Source: Harriotta raleighana | Lineage: Eukaryota | Assembly: GCA_050575255.1 (NCBI GenBank) | Contig: JBNZDD010013696.1 | Location: forward strand, 3,925,557 to 3,989,556 | Reading direction: 5' to 3' | Length of the DNA stretch: 64,000 bases | In this document: positions 1-13,616 of the stretch, in pieces | Numbering within the stretch: the stretch's first letter is position 1 | Layout of the letters: each line of letters starts with the position of its first letter | Translations under genes and position numbers: made by a program | The notes under the pieces: model-generated | The model's input: only the letters and a program-made list of their open reading frames with translations | Database searches by the model: none | What the model was told of the DNA's origin: nothing

Positions 1-108
1 TATATATTAAATTACATTTTGAATGGGTTATTAATTGAGGAAACCTCTTATAAATGCATACCCATTATAACTCTTTGACATATCATAACCGAGGAACTAT
101 TTTTAAAA

Positions 109-146
109 ATATATATATATATATATATACATATATAAATATATAT
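109..146. repeat. (TA)n microsatellite
   Basis: Direct reading. Confidence 0.9.
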
Positions 147-297
147 AACTCTCATTTCTTATTTTATAACATTATCAACCTTCTATAATTTGGTTTGAGT
201 GTGATTCACACGCTGTAGGCTTATTGAGGGGCCCGACTCATTGCACTTGCTGTTTGTGGCAGCAGTGTAAATGTTCCCTTTTCTCTTCTTGCTTTAG

Positions 298-402
298 GTT
301 TTCCCATGAGGAACATGCGGGCAATCATCCATTGTATGGCCACGGTGTGTGCAAATGGCCTGGCTGTGAGGCATGCTGTGATGACTTTGGACATTTCTTA
401 AA
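298..402 (+). CDS. FOXP1: FOXP1 coding exon (human exon 12 equivalent): N-terminal half of the C2H2 zinc finger
   Basis: Pyrimidine tract ending tttag at 297 and donor gtaagt at 403. 105 nt; translates [35 protein letters not shown], the FOXP zinc-finger signature. Upstream exons lie outside the window. Confidence 0.97.
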
Positions 403-2509
403 GTAAGTCAACTTTTTTTTGTGTGTGTGGCAATTTGATTGATAATTGGTTTGGTTTTTGATCCACTTGGGAATCTAGCAGATGCATGCATTTGACCTGA
501 AAACCTCACCCGTCCATTTTGTAACATTCCAGTGGTTTGATACTACAACAGCAGTTATGGAGGTGGGGGGGTGAGTGAGGGTGTAAAGGAAAGCAAGCTT
601 GTTGCCTTGTGTATTGCTGGGTGAGGCAGGAGATGGAAGCCAAGGTGTATGATGCCTCCAGTTGATCTAGGTCTAAGTATACCATCAAATCCCATTATTA
701 AACTAACATCACATGCATACAATTCTTAATGTTTTATTTCTGTGAACACCAAATACTGTGAGCAGATATGTATATTTATTTCCTTATTTGCTTTTCGACT
801 TGGCTGCAATCTCGGCTCATAAATTCCTGGTTGTTAATTAACAGCCACCCGTAATCAGCCAACTGTTGGTCCAGGTTGGGGATGGGACCCCACCGCAGTG
901 CCAAGAGGTGCACTTTCTGTGTGAGAACTCATCAGCAAATGCCATTGTCCACAAACAGTTTCCTCACCCCAATTCCGACTCGAAAAAGTCCAACCAACAC
1001 ATCAATTAATAAACAGAACACAAAATACTACAGTTGCTGGGAATCTGAAACAAAAACATCAATTAATAAAGCCATATTCATACCGATTTGACTTTATTTA
1101 AAAATCAAATCACTGTGGGAAAGTCCATGAATACAACTCGAATACCAAGTGATCTCAAAACTGCAGATGTCATTTAACACTTTGAGGACTTGTTCGCCCC
1201 GAAAATCCAATGGGTTTACGGGATTTCATTGAAAGAAATATTATGTCTGATTCATTTTATATGGTTATTGGCAATGGGTATTCACAGGCAAAGATCAGTG
1301 TTAAATAATGAGATAATTATCGTGTTTTATAAACCGAGGACATTTCAATAGCTAAACTTGCAGGAGATTAGGTAGATTTCAGACACAAATAGAGTCCCAT
1401 CTGTTTTTAATGCTGAAGTATACAAACAGCATTCCAGAAAGGAGTCCAGCACTTGAAACAAATTACTGACAACTTGACTGTTGCATATTAGTTCAACTTC
1501 CTTTAATAAAACCTTACACCCAAAGGACTCGACTAAAATTTAAACTGTACAGAAAATAAAAGGCTTATTATAAGTGAAACTTTTACATAGCACTTTTTTT
1601 TTAGGTCTCTGTGGCATAGTTCAGTTGTTTGTGCAGACTATTCAAACTCAGTAAAACATTTAAAGAAAAACTTTAATTACAAAGAAACTACTATTTTGCA
1701 AGCTCTCTGGTTATAAGGCTGCAAAATTCTCTGCTTGTAGGTGCTGTGGACAGGCGCAGAAAATTGCAGTTTCAATTCTTTGTCCTTTTGAGAGAAGAAT
1801 ATGTTTAACTATCTATATATGCAAATACTGCTAAATTGTTTTAGCAAACGTTTGCACAATTTAGGATTGTGCCAGGAAACTATTGCCAACGTTTAGGTAA
1901 ATTATCATTTTCATGTGACTCATTCATACTCTGCTATTCCCCCCTCCCCTACCCCCTCCAAACAGTTTTTAAAGATGAATTCAGGAGGACATTAAGCTTT
2001 CTTATGTTGCACATTAGCTTTCACTTGCTCAGACGTTGCTGTACAGTGATACAAATCGCAGCGTATATTCTTTTAGGGTGATCAAGCTATTTGTGTTGAG
2101 CAGAAGTGTTAAAACCCAATTGGTGTATTGGTCTGAAAGGGTCAGAGTGACCCATGTGCCACAGTGCCCTCTAGTGATCTTGGAGTCACAACAATAAAAT
2201 GTTTCAGTGGAAGATCAGTCAGTGGGTTTCTTCATCGGCTTGTAGTAATCTAAAAGTTTACCTTTGTTCACTTAATGCTCTTTTTACAAGATATGACAGA
2301 CGAGAGAAGAAATGTTCAGCTTTTTGTTTAGAAATCCAGGGAATGCAGCGTTATGAGTGTACCACCTGGCCATGAGCACATTGTATTCTCTTTTATTGGT
2401 CATGAAATCAGAGCTCTCGCTTATTCGTGGCTTAATGGGTAACATTAGGCCATACGTTCTGCGTGTTTGAATCCTGACGTAGCTGATCTGTGCAGTGGGT
2501 TAATGGTTT

Positions 2510-2645
2510 ATGGAATCATAGAATTATACAGCACAGAAGGAGATCATTCGGCCCATCGTGACTGTGTTGGCTCGTTGAGAAGAGCTGTCCAAATCAATCC
2601 AACTCCCCTGCTCTCTCCCCATCGCCCTGCAAACTTGCCCTCCCC
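2510..2645 (-). mobile_element. CR1-type LINE 3' end fragment
   Basis: gaatcatagaattatacagcacagaaggagatcattcggcccatcgtg... resembles the antisense 3' terminus of shark CR1 LINEs; related copy at 62977-63085. Confidence 0.65.
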
Positions 2646-2659
2646 AAATAATCAGGTAT

Positions 2660-2930
2660 AATTAGCATTTGATATAGTGCCTTTCATGTTGGGAGGATAG
2701 CCTTATATTTTTTAGGTGAACCCTGCAGCCGATTTTCACAATCAACAGCAGTGTAAACAGTCTTCTGTGAAGTGAATGACTAACATTATCTGGGACGCGG
2801 GTGGAGTAGTTGGCCAAGACACTGGGAGAAACGCCCTTCACTTTTCTAATAGTGTCATGGGATGGCTTTATTGGTTAAATGTCTCATCTGAAGAACAGCA
2901 ACTTCAATGATAAAATGCATCCCCAACCCT
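2660..2930 (-). mobile_element. Degenerate Deu-domain SINE
   Basis: ttggccaagacactgggagaa...aatagtgtcatgggat...ttaaatgtctcatctgaag: reverse complement of the DeuSINE core, plus the shared tail. Confidence 0.6.
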
Positions 2931-4810
2931 ATCAGACTGTCAATATAGACTGTCCATAAACAATTTACAGCAGTCAATTCAATATATTAAAAAAAGCAGA
3001 CTTGCAGATAGGATACCCTTTGCAGACATTGAAGGCTGACTTTAAAAACCTAATTCAGCCTTATTTAGGATGTCTTGAGTTAGGCACAGCCTGTCCTCAG
3101 CATATAATAGCATCTGCATGCAATTTGGTTGCTGCCATTGCCTGCAAAATACACATTGCTACCTTTGATGGTAAACCCTGTGAAGCGTTTTGAGGTGTCA
3201 CCCTGAAGTGAAAAATGCTATAATTAAAGGCAAGGATTATTATTATTCTGATTATTGTTATCCTTGCAGCGCAGAATTAGACATCAAATGTGTGTCAAAC
3301 ACCTAACGTGTTAAACAAACCTCCCGTTTGGCTTTTTCCAGTAATTTGACGCGCCAAACGCAGGTGATCAACAAAGCTGGTTGTACTGCGGACAGAAAAT
3401 AGTGCGATGGAAGCCGGATTTCTGTCTTATTCCATGTTAAAGTTGTAAAATATTCGGCATGGATGGAATCTTAAGTGGAGCACTGAGAAACATTTGCATC
3501 TAGTCTGCTGTACATAGAAGCTAGTAGGGGAATCTCCCTCTTTATCGTATTTGAGTCATATAGGGAGAGCATTAAATTACACGATGTTCTTTCTATCTAG
3601 TACTTCAATACCACAATTTTTGCATACTTCAGAATTGCACAGCTGGAAATTTTGAAGCAGTTTTCTGAAGGCAGCAGATTTGTTTTTAGAGAAAAAAAAC
3701 AACAAAAAAAACACACACACCGGAACTGCTTACTCCAGTCCAAAATAAAGCTTGTTGGAGTTTTACCAGGAGAAACGGTGAGATCATAAAACAGCAGCTG
3801 AACATTAGATAAATGGTTTCAAACAGATTGGACCATTTTTATCACTCTGTGTGGGGAGAACATTTTCTGTTCTTATCAATGTAACAGTTTTGTTGTCCAT
3901 TTTTTTCTCAAGCCACTGCCCTGTCCTCTAAATACAGTTCAGCCAAAATAAACTCAAATCAGTTCCCAGCAAACACATTTGCTTGTCTCAACTTCCACTC
4001 TTGCTCCTATTTAAGTACTTGAAAAGTTTTTGAGCTCAGAAAAGGAACTTTTTCTCCCCCTTTCTCTCCCCTTTTCTCTCTCTTGTGCTTTCTCAGTTGA
4101 CGTCTGCAGATATTAGCCAACCAGGAAGTCCACATTTATATACATGCAAATGTAAATAGTTTTGTGTGTTTTTTCTCTCTGCCACTGGCCAAAGATTCAT
4201 GAATCATTTCTGGGTGTGGGTTAATATTTATATTTATTTTAATGTGGAGAGGAAAGTAAACATAGCTAACTACAGAGGGAAAGGGCCAGTATTGTCCCAT
4301 GAAAGGGTCTCTATTTAGCTGACTGTTTTATGGTAGTAATTTACATTAGTGACTGTCATTTCACCAGGAAGCTTTAGCATACACTTCATCTGAGGTCTAA
4401 AAAGTGACACATGCCAACATTCATAGTCTCTCTTTATGTCAATTCCACATTTTTATAGCCTTTTATTTAAACCACATTTCATGAGGCTGCATTAGAGCAT
4501 ATTTGAATATTTCATTTCCTATTAATTATGCACTGTGACCCATGCTGTCATTATGAGAAAGAGAGTGACCTATCTAATGTAACAGTCTGCAAATAGAATT
4601 GCTGAACATTGCTTGCGATAGGGTGGGATGTGTGTGTGTGTTGGGAGTAGAATCCTGAACTGTATTGACAATGTAACCAGGTGTGGTCAGTCTTCTGTTG
4701 TGATGTCCATTAAACGATAGAAATAAATTTCAGAAAGCAAGCACGAACGAGATTTTGCTAAACTGCCAAGCTGAGCATGAAGGCATGCTTAGTGACAGTG
4801 ACCTACATGG

Positions 4811-5038
4811 NNNNNNNNNNNNNNNNNNNNNNNNNNNNNNNNNNNNNNNNNNNNNNNNNNNNNNNNNNNNNNNNNNNNNNNNNNNNNNNNNNNNNNNNNN
4901 NNNNNNNNNNNNNNNNNNNNNNNNNNNNNNNNNNNNNNNNNNNNNNNNNNNNNNNNNNNNNNNNNNNNNNNNNNNNNNNNNNNNNNNNNNNNNNNNNNNN
5001 NNNNNNNNNNNNNNNNNNNNNNNNNNNNNNNNNNNNNN
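4811..5038. other. Assembly gap
   Basis: 228 N. Confidence 1.
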
Positions 5039-5657
5039 CTAGACCATTTTATATAAATCATGAAATATGCTGTCTGCTGGCAAGGTACTTATTTAGATTA
5101 GTTATAAACGTGCAGAAAAAGGGAACATCTTTGCAGTATAAAATAATCATGCATAATTATATTCATAATTCAAGCCTGTGACAGATTCCATCTTTCTTAT
5201 TCTTGTTGTCCTTTGCCTTCATTCTGGCTTCATTTGATTTCTGTTATCTTGATGACATAATTAACTGTTAAAGCTCAGAAAATAAAGAGACCTTTGAGAA
5301 GGAAAAGGTTGTTGCTTTTTTTTAATGGCACCAAAAGCTTTACCCGCAATACATATTCGGTCGCAATTTTCAGCAGCAAAAATAATTTCTTGTTTTGTGG
5401 AATTATACAAAAAAAGGTACCTTTTTTTTTCTCTCCACAGCCTGTAATCTATTTACACTTCAATGCCAATTTCAGCATCAGAGCTGTTCCTATTTGGCTT
5501 CTAACAATTCTCATTTGTGGCAGAAATGTAACTTTGTTTTCAAATAAAATCCAATCGCTGCAAGTTTTCAATCTCGGGAAAGAAATGTCACTGTTTTCCG
5601 TGCTATGGCGGAGACGTGTTGTGATCTGAAACTCATGCTTTTATCTCCCCTTCTCAG

Positions 5658-5745
5658 ACATCTGAACAATGAGCATGCACTTGATGACCGAAGTACAGCA
5701 CAGTGTCGAGTACAGATGCAGGTTGTACAGCAGCTGGAACTTCAG
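5658..5745 (+). CDS. FOXP1: FOXP1 coding exon (exon 13 equivalent): end of zinc finger and start of leucine zipper
   Basis: ttctcag acceptor, gtaagt donor. 88 nt; [29 protein letters not shown]. Phase 2 matches the previous exon (AA+A = Lys). Confidence 0.97.
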
Positions 5746-7936
5746 GTAAGTTTCTCCGCATCNCCCCCCCCCCCCCCCCCCCCCCCATTTGAAATATGAT
5801 CTGTTTACCCAGTCATCCACCCCAGTGTACACACAATCACAGCTCCATCTTGATTTTGGAGGTAACATTTGCTTAATGACTAACAGCAAAACAGAGAGAC
5901 ACATTTATGTATGCTGACATGGTGCAGCTGTACAGCTCTGACTGTCTCTGTTTTAGTGTGTTTTTTTTCTCAAATCTCTTGTCTGAATCTGTCTGTGTTT
6001 TACCAAAATCTCTTGTCTTATTAGTTGACAGTGGAATCTGAAGACTTTTCTCCAGTGTAGTAGAACCATGGGACATTTGTTGTTTTGTGTGTGTGCTTGT
6101 GTAGTTTTACACACACCCTGTTTCTGGGCATGTTTTTCATGTGTCGTGTGTAGAGTTAAAACTGACTGATATTCCACTATTTAATTTACCTGTTTGTCAT
6201 CCGTGTCTCTGCTGCGGTCCCCAGCTTGTTGCAGATATCAGTTACTGGTTTACTGTTGCCAAGATTCAATGTATAGCAGTAGCTTCCAAACTTTGAATAG
6301 TGGCATCCCCCTAACTGAGGAACGTTTTAGTTGTGCTGCCCCCTCCTTCGCACTCGGCTCCACACGCTCGGGTCCTCGGCTCCACACACACTTGGGGGCT
6401 CAAGACTCTAAAGCTCCTCGCAATCCCAGCCAACAGTACACGTCCCCCAAGGGAGGCGCCTCACACAGTTTAGAAACCGCTGATGTATAGCTCCCTCTCA
6501 GTTTTCAACAAACAAAAGCAAGGGAACACCGTCAGAATGTACAGTTATCTCAGGTTTAATAGTGCAATTGTAAAGCATCAAAGTGACTAGCAGTATTATC
6601 CCATTGTACATCAATTCACTTGGGCTGTTGTAGCTGGGACATACTAGTCTCCTGATTGGATTCCAATACCACCAGCTCGATGTTGGCAATCAGACTTCAT
6701 GGGAATGGAGCGGTGGGATAGAGAATGGTTAGTCAGTGGCAAGCAATGGGAGACAGATGAAGTTTACTTTCCTGCATATGGGACCTGTTGTGTAACCTTA
6801 TTGCACGCAGATGATCAAAAATGTCCCACAGTTGATGAGATCCGGTTAACAACCTGGAAACCTTTGTGTGTGTGCAAAACCCAAACGCTTTTCACTTTAT
6901 TGATTCAATATGCTTTAATTACGCCTATGGCTTTCAGTTCAAGCAGGTACATTTGGTGTACTTTCAGATTCTCGGCGTTAGCACATTTTTACGTGACCCA
7001 GTTAGGACTGGTGGAACCAACCTATGAAAGTCTGGTCATAAGCAATTTTGAGCTGTTGTTAATGTAAAACGCACGCACGCATACTGAAATAACCGACGAG
7101 CAAGGCGACACTTTTAAGTGACCCGTAAATATGTGAAAATAGTGTTTCCAGCAATCCTCTCAGTCACCAGCTCAAGTCAAGTGCTATAGTATAAGTCTAG
7201 TTCTTGTGGTCAGTCAGTAGTAACACATCCATATGCAATAGTCCATTTAATCAATTCTCTTCATGATATGGTTGGAATACTGTAGAGCAGTTGCAGTGTC
7301 AACCTCATGCATAAACAGAAAACTTGTGTGTATGTTTCTGAATAAACTCAAAATAGTTCAAGCACACACAGTCAGTCGGAATATGGAAAGGCCGCAATGA
7401 AATCTGATTGTTTTCACAACCAATAATAAGTTGCTTTTAATATGAAGATCAAACACACAGAAAACCTTGCATGGATTCCGATAGTAATACCAGAACGGCT
7501 GTTGAATCATTTCTGTTCTGATCAGTGGTGGAAACACAATGGCATCTGAAAACAGTTGAAACGTTTTGCTCAGCCACGCACCGTAACCTGATTGCTTTGT
7601 TAGTCGACTCAAAGATTTGCCTTTTTTTAAAAAAACAAAGTGTGAACTTTATACTGGCATTTTCTGTGTGATTGTCTGTTAGTCACCCTTGCATTCTGTG
7701 TCCTCTGGTATAAAGCCAAGGTAATCTTCCATGGATGCCAGGGACTCCACACAGTTTTGCGGAACTCTGATCCACTCTTTCATCTTTGTTAAACACTGTT
7801 CAGTGCACTTTTTTTTAATCGGGTATTATCTTTCCATATTTAGTATTTTGTTGACAGTATACGTAAATTGATCCGACACTTCAAATATTTCTCAGTATCA
7901 TAGCCTTGATGAGAAAATGAAAATGTAACACCCGAA

Positions 7937-8052
7937 AATAATAATAATAATCCTTGAATTTGATATAGCTTCTTATCACGTCTTCGAGACGTCTCAAAGC
8001 GCCTCACAGAATATACTGTGAAGTGAATTGACTGTATGTTTTGTGGGTGAAT
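7937..8052 (-). mobile_element. SINE 3' tail fragment
   Basis: (aat)n ccttgaatttgatatagc...gagacgtctcaaagcgcctcacagaatatactg, matching the tail of the full-length copies. Confidence 0.8.
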
Positions 8053-8288
8053 ATATTAATCATGAGTTTTCTTTTCCCCTTTTCTACAATTCATTTTCTG
8101 TGTGTTTTTTAAGTATAACATTGGGAACATTGCTTTGGTAATGACATTTGGTGTCTTAAGTACCCGATTTACGCTTTGATGCAAAGTTTCTGTCTATGTG
8201 TGCCCCAATAATGATAAATGCCTTAGTTCGCAATTATTTTGGATTGTTGTGGTTTTGCTTCGGAAGCTAAAATGTATTATTTTTGCAG

Positions 8289-8372
8289 CTTGCGAAAGAC
8301 AAAGAGCGCCTGCAAGCTATGATGACACACCTGCATGTGAAGTCAACTGAACCAAAACATACCCCTCAGCCT
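8289..8372 (+). CDS. FOXP1: FOXP1 coding exon (exon 14 equivalent): leucine zipper
   Basis: ttttgcag acceptor, gtaagt donor. 84 nt; [32 protein letters not shown]1-type wording. Read directly from the sequence; not in the ORF track. Confidence 0.97.
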
Positions 8373-11008
8373 GTAAGTAGTTATCTGTGGAATAGGATGA
8401 TAAATGTTTAGAAGCAACAGCAGCTTGTTGACTTGCAGTAGAGCTCATGTTCTTCGTTCCATTTTGTTTTCTACCTTCTGTGCACCTTTGAACCAACCCT
8501 CTAGCTGATTAGATCTAAATTTTGACCATGAGTTTTATTCGATTGGATCTCTTATGCGCATTGGCTTCCCCATGGTGGCAGGCAGAGACATAGCCTCATC
8601 TTATTTAAGAACAAAAAAAAATCCGTCAATTTGTTCATAGGCTGGCTACACTGGCGAATCATGTCACCACTGTGGGTGGGTTTACATTGTTAACTAACTC
8701 ATTGAAGTGGCAAATGTTGGGACTGCAGAGGTGGGTCATTGAGCTCCCAGTTCAACTTTCAACTTTATCAATATTCAAACCTACTTATCTTCTTGATCAA
8801 GTTGCCTGGACTGTGAGATGAAGCAATGCAACAGTTCTGTCACTCTGGGTGAAGGGAAATATAATGCGATGCGCCTAAGCCCACTCTTTGAAGTATACGT
8901 GTTAGCTCCTGACAGAGAGCTGTGCTGTTGGCAGCCACAGAGAAGTCTGTGGCCCACACCAGTCTGTCCTCCCAGCTAAAATGGATCACAAGTTCAAGCA
9001 GGGAATGGAGTGAGAAATTAAATATCCAGCAAGAATGAAAATACAATTTTTCATATTTTTTTCTAAGATGTTTCTGATGCCTAAAATCAAGGGGCTGTGT
9101 TTGGCCATTACCAAGAATAAGGTAAAGAAAACAAAATTTGTAACCTTATAGAGTAGTGTGCACACACCCGCATGCAGACACACACTTCACAGAGCCAAAT
9201 CTATGAATAATATGCATCCCTCCACCTCTCTCTCTCTCTTTCTCAAACACACACACATGCGCGCACACACACAGTAAGCAAAATGAACCACTGTTGCCTT
9301 GTTTAGAGCAGGGGAAAAAACTAAAAGCCAGAAAGACCCCATAGGGATTTACAGCAGAGTTCAATAAACTTCTAATAATGTTCATACAAAAAGGTCATTC
9401 TACTTAGTGTTAACAGGTGGCAGATTACATCATAATCATTATTCTGCTACAGTCCTGTAATTCTTTAAATGAACTAATCAATTATAGTGGAAAGATTACC
9501 TTATTTCTTGCTTGAAACGTGTATTATTCAGTCTCTGAAGGTACCCAACCAACAGCAGTATCACTCAACATCAATATGGGAGAATTAATTGAGCATGACC
9601 AGGCCTTTAGTTGCTACTTGCAACTTCAGTCAATATGTGTTGATGCAGGATAATGGTAAGGTAGAGGCTCATCTATACAGACTAGCTGTCTATTAAGGAA
9701 CCGTGTGTATAGAAAAAAAATGCATACCTTGCCTTAATCTGATAAGTAGAAAAATATTTCTGTATGTTGGCAATCACCGATTTAATAATGCTCGAAAATA
9801 GGCTAAAATCATAAATATGCTGTGAAATTTGATTTTCAGTGTGTAAATACAATGCCTACAAGCGCATGTTTCATTATTACAACTTGAATGTATTGGAGAA
9901 ATATTAGGCAGAAAGCAGCCGGAAAATAATTGAGATATATAGTTTTGATTTTCTTATCCTTTTAGTTTCTCCTCAAACATTTTGCGTTTTTTGAATGCGT
10001 TTGCACTTTGTACCATTTCAAGAATAATACTTTTTAAAAATGGTTTACTTGCGAACATAACTCTGTGTCCAGAGTCATCAACTTTGAGTTCCAGGAACTG
10101 ACTTGCCTTGTTAAATTTGCATCTAGAATTGTTTCTTATCCGCATTCTGCATAATACTTCACAATGTGTAATAGCCCTGCTTACCTTTTGCCTAGAATTT
10201 TGTTCTTGCCAATTTGCAGCACAGAAAAATAGGATTATTGGACATTTTAGTAGAGACTACAAATGCACATTTAAACTGTGAACGGAAAGCTGTAAACTGG
10301 CCCCTGTATTTTTCAAGGCTCTAAATACACCATTTCCTTTTTCTGTATGGTCCCCATTTAACTTTTCCTTATTTGTTTCGGATTTGAAAGCATTTTTTTC
10401 ATTCAATAGATTTTTCTCCTCAATTGTTGTAATTGCGTGCTAATGGAACAATTCAAGGCCAGAGCTATTAGTCAAACTACTCAATTGTCAAATATTCCTT
10501 GATGTAAGAAAGTTAGAGAGAATATGATTATTTACCGGGTGATTTGTCTGTTGTCTCCAAAACGGAACCTTTCTATGACCTACAAGGACAGCAGATAAAG
10601 AGAGAAGAAGCTTCAAACAATGTATTTGCAAAAAGGCTAGCCAATCAGAAAATGCATTTTTATTAAAGATGTTATGGCTTCCTTATGCCCTTTCCGAATT
10701 CACCTTATTGAAACAAAGTACGCGTTTAAAGACTGATATTACCATGGAAGTGAAGCACTTTCAATCTCAATGTACGCTCCCTGGATAGCCCATGCAAGAG
10801 GAGATATTGGTAATTGTGTGACTGGAGAAGCAGTCCCATGGGGTGCTACCAATTTGGGTTTCCCAGTTGGAAATCGTGCCGTATCTAAATGGTATTCATC
10901 ATAGCAAAGGATGACATTCATTCTACTTGTAGTCACTCCCACTCCCGAAATGCAAATATATAAAGTTCAGGACCAGGCGGGACTTGAATCACAAACATGA
11001 TGTTTCCA

Positions 11009-11202
11009 TTTCAAGTGTCAACATCAGGGATCCAGGAATGGAGAGCCTGTTGAACCTTGTGGAGATAAATGAGTGAGAGAACAGAGATGAACCCACGAAA
11101 TATACAGTCAGTTGACTTTACAGTATGTTCTGTGAAGCGTTCTGAGCATCTTGAAGACGTGATAAGGTGCCTGTATCAAATGCAAATTCAAGGATTATTA
11201 TT
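11009..11202 (+). mobile_element. Retroelement 3' fragment with the shared SINE tail but a different upstream segment
   Basis: ggaatggagagcctgttga...aaatgagtgagagaacaga segment also present at 23977-24184. Confidence 0.7.
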
Positions 11203-11505
11203 CTAAACTAGTCTCTTGAATCTGCCTCGCCATTCATGCAAATCCGAATGTCTCATCTCAGGTAGCTGCTTTGACATCTGTTCAGTATTTGCCTTGAATG
11301 CAGAGATTACGTTAGCCCTCCTGTGCATCGTTGGGTTCATTGGCAGAGAGATGTGTGTGGTCTGGATGAGGTGTTAAACTGAGGAATGTTTGATTGTTCC
11401 TCTGGTGGATCCTATGGCACTTATCGAGAAGGGAGGTTTTCCCAATTTTCTGCTCCCCAATCCTCCAGATGAATTGATCATTCACTTCATCAGTGAATGT
11501 AGCTC

Positions 11506-11814
11506 AGTCCTGTAGTTCAATGGTTAGAGCACTTGCCTTACAAACGTGAGACCTATATTTCGAATCCAGCCAGGTCAGGGCAAAACCTTGGGCAAGTTTC
11601 CTTACTAAACATGCCTAATAATAATCTGTTCATAAAATCCTATAATAAATGGTCATTTTCAATCCACGACTGTTTTTGGGACACTGCTGTGCACAATTGG
11701 CTGCCACATTTCACCCACAAATATTCAGTCAATTCAATTTACAGTATATTCTGTGAAGCACTTTGATACGTCTAGAAGACATATCAAATGCAAGGATTGT
11801 TAATATTTATTATT
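11506..11814 (+). mobile_element. tRNA-derived SINE, near full length
   Basis: A-box-like tagttcaatgg, degenerate B box ttcgaatcc, aaccttgggcaagtttccttact body, tcaaatgcaaggatt tail. Confidence 0.85.
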
Positions 11815-13308
11815 GTTTTCCATCCCTGGCCATTTTATCTCAGTCTAATCGTGTAGGAGATCACCAGCTTTCCGTTAGTTACTTGATAGCCCCCTCCAAA
11901 AGAGGGAGTGGGAATGATAGTCGAAGAGAGAAGTCGCTTAATAAAAGGAAACTCAACATTACCTAAACCAATCTCTGTAATAGCTGCTGGGATGTGTGGG
12001 AGGTCAGTCTGGCTGGCTCTAAAATAACCAGAATGGAAACTGTTGTTCTCCTGTGCTCAGAGAACATTATCAAACAACAATATTTGTGGCCTGTTAGCCT
12101 GTCCACAGTCATTTGCATCCTCTGTTGATGTCTTTCTGTTAATATAATTAAAGCAAATAGAAAGCTAACTCCTAGACACAGGTTCCCTCCCTATAATGAG
12201 TACTACTAGGGATTTGTTTCAAGTATAAATTTGAGAGAGTTATGCAAACCTCTGTCTTAGTACCCTAGTGAATGTAATATTTCTATTGCGAAAGAATAGC
12301 CACTTTAAATGAAGAAAAGGTGGAATATTCACCCTGATGTTCAGTATCCCTCATTCTTCCAATTAAGTTATAATAATAATCCTTGTAATTGATATAGCGA
12401 ATCATCAGAGTCCTGAAAGCACTTCACAGAATATACTGTTGAGTCAATTTACTATCTATTTTGTGGGTGCAATGTGGCAACCAATTATTCAACCAATACA
12501 ACTAACTGTTCAGCCTCTCTCGAATCTGCAAATGTTTTGAGTTCTGTTCAAGGAATGAGTCATTTAAACTTTTTCAATGATGTTCTGCAACAGTTGTGAA
12601 AACATTTGTATCGCTGAATGACGCAGTTGTGCACTTTCCACCAAGTGCCGCAGCAACTGACAAGTGGGTAGATGCTCCGTGAACCAAACGCATTGTCATT
12701 CTGAGACTTGTAGACCCCTAGTAGTTTATTTACCTTGCATGTTCCTCACCTAGACTTGATGCCAACCACTTGGTGAGAGAGGCACCACAGGACAGAACTG
12801 ATGAACAAAGCAGAGGAGGGAGGGAGAGAAACCCCATCTCTTCCAATATTTTTTAATTGATTCCATCAGCCAAGAATTACTAATGTCACTGAGGCAGTTA
12901 AAGCATTCCCACCTTTTTTTAAATTATGTTTTATAAGAACCTTTTACTGGGGAGATTAACAACATAGCGGGGAAAAATGGTGGATGGAGATCAGAAAATG
13001 TTGAGCCTCAATGTGACTGGTAGATTAGTGAACACAACCTCAAAGGAAAACTTGGAACAAAATCAGTTTAAAATTACAAAGACTATTTAATACTCATTAA
13101 ACTGACAGCAGCACTGTAACAGGTCAGTTGTTGCTAATGGACATTGAGCACTTAAGTGCTTCAAAATGTCTGTATTTTATTCTCAGGGGTTGTTTTTGCC
13201 TTCACCGATATTCCTAATTTTGCTTCTCACCTACAGTTACTCCTATATGTTTAGCTCAAATTCAGTTACTTTAGATTATGGCTTCAGGTGGGGGAAAGGG
13301 TGTGACTA

Positions 13309-13616
13309 TCCCTGGGTTCGATTCCCGGGCTGGGTGAAACGTTGGGCAACTTTCCGTACTCCACACATGCCTCTGTTTACCTAGCAGTAAATTGGAACCC
13401 TTTGTTAGTCGAGTGGTAATAATCTCTTTTTAAAAACATAATAATAATACTGTAATTTGGTCACTCATTCCATGGCAGTTTGTGGGACACTTCTGTGCAC
13501 AATTGGCTGCAGTGTTGCATCCACATAATTAGGCAATTCACTTTATGGAAGTGCTGTGAAGCGCTTTGGGATATCTCAAAGATGTGATGAGGCACTATAT
13601 CAATTGTAATGCTATT
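13309..13616 (+). mobile_element. tRNA-derived SINE, longer variant
   Basis: B box gggttcgattccc, internal ctctgtttacctagcagtaaat...gttagtcga segment (also in 54305-54691), shared tail. Confidence 0.75.

Noticed and set aside
6190-6870. GC-richer segment in intron 13 as a cryptic exon or ncRNA
   Set aside because: No convincing splice-site pair or frame. It may be a decayed repeat, but I could not assign a family.
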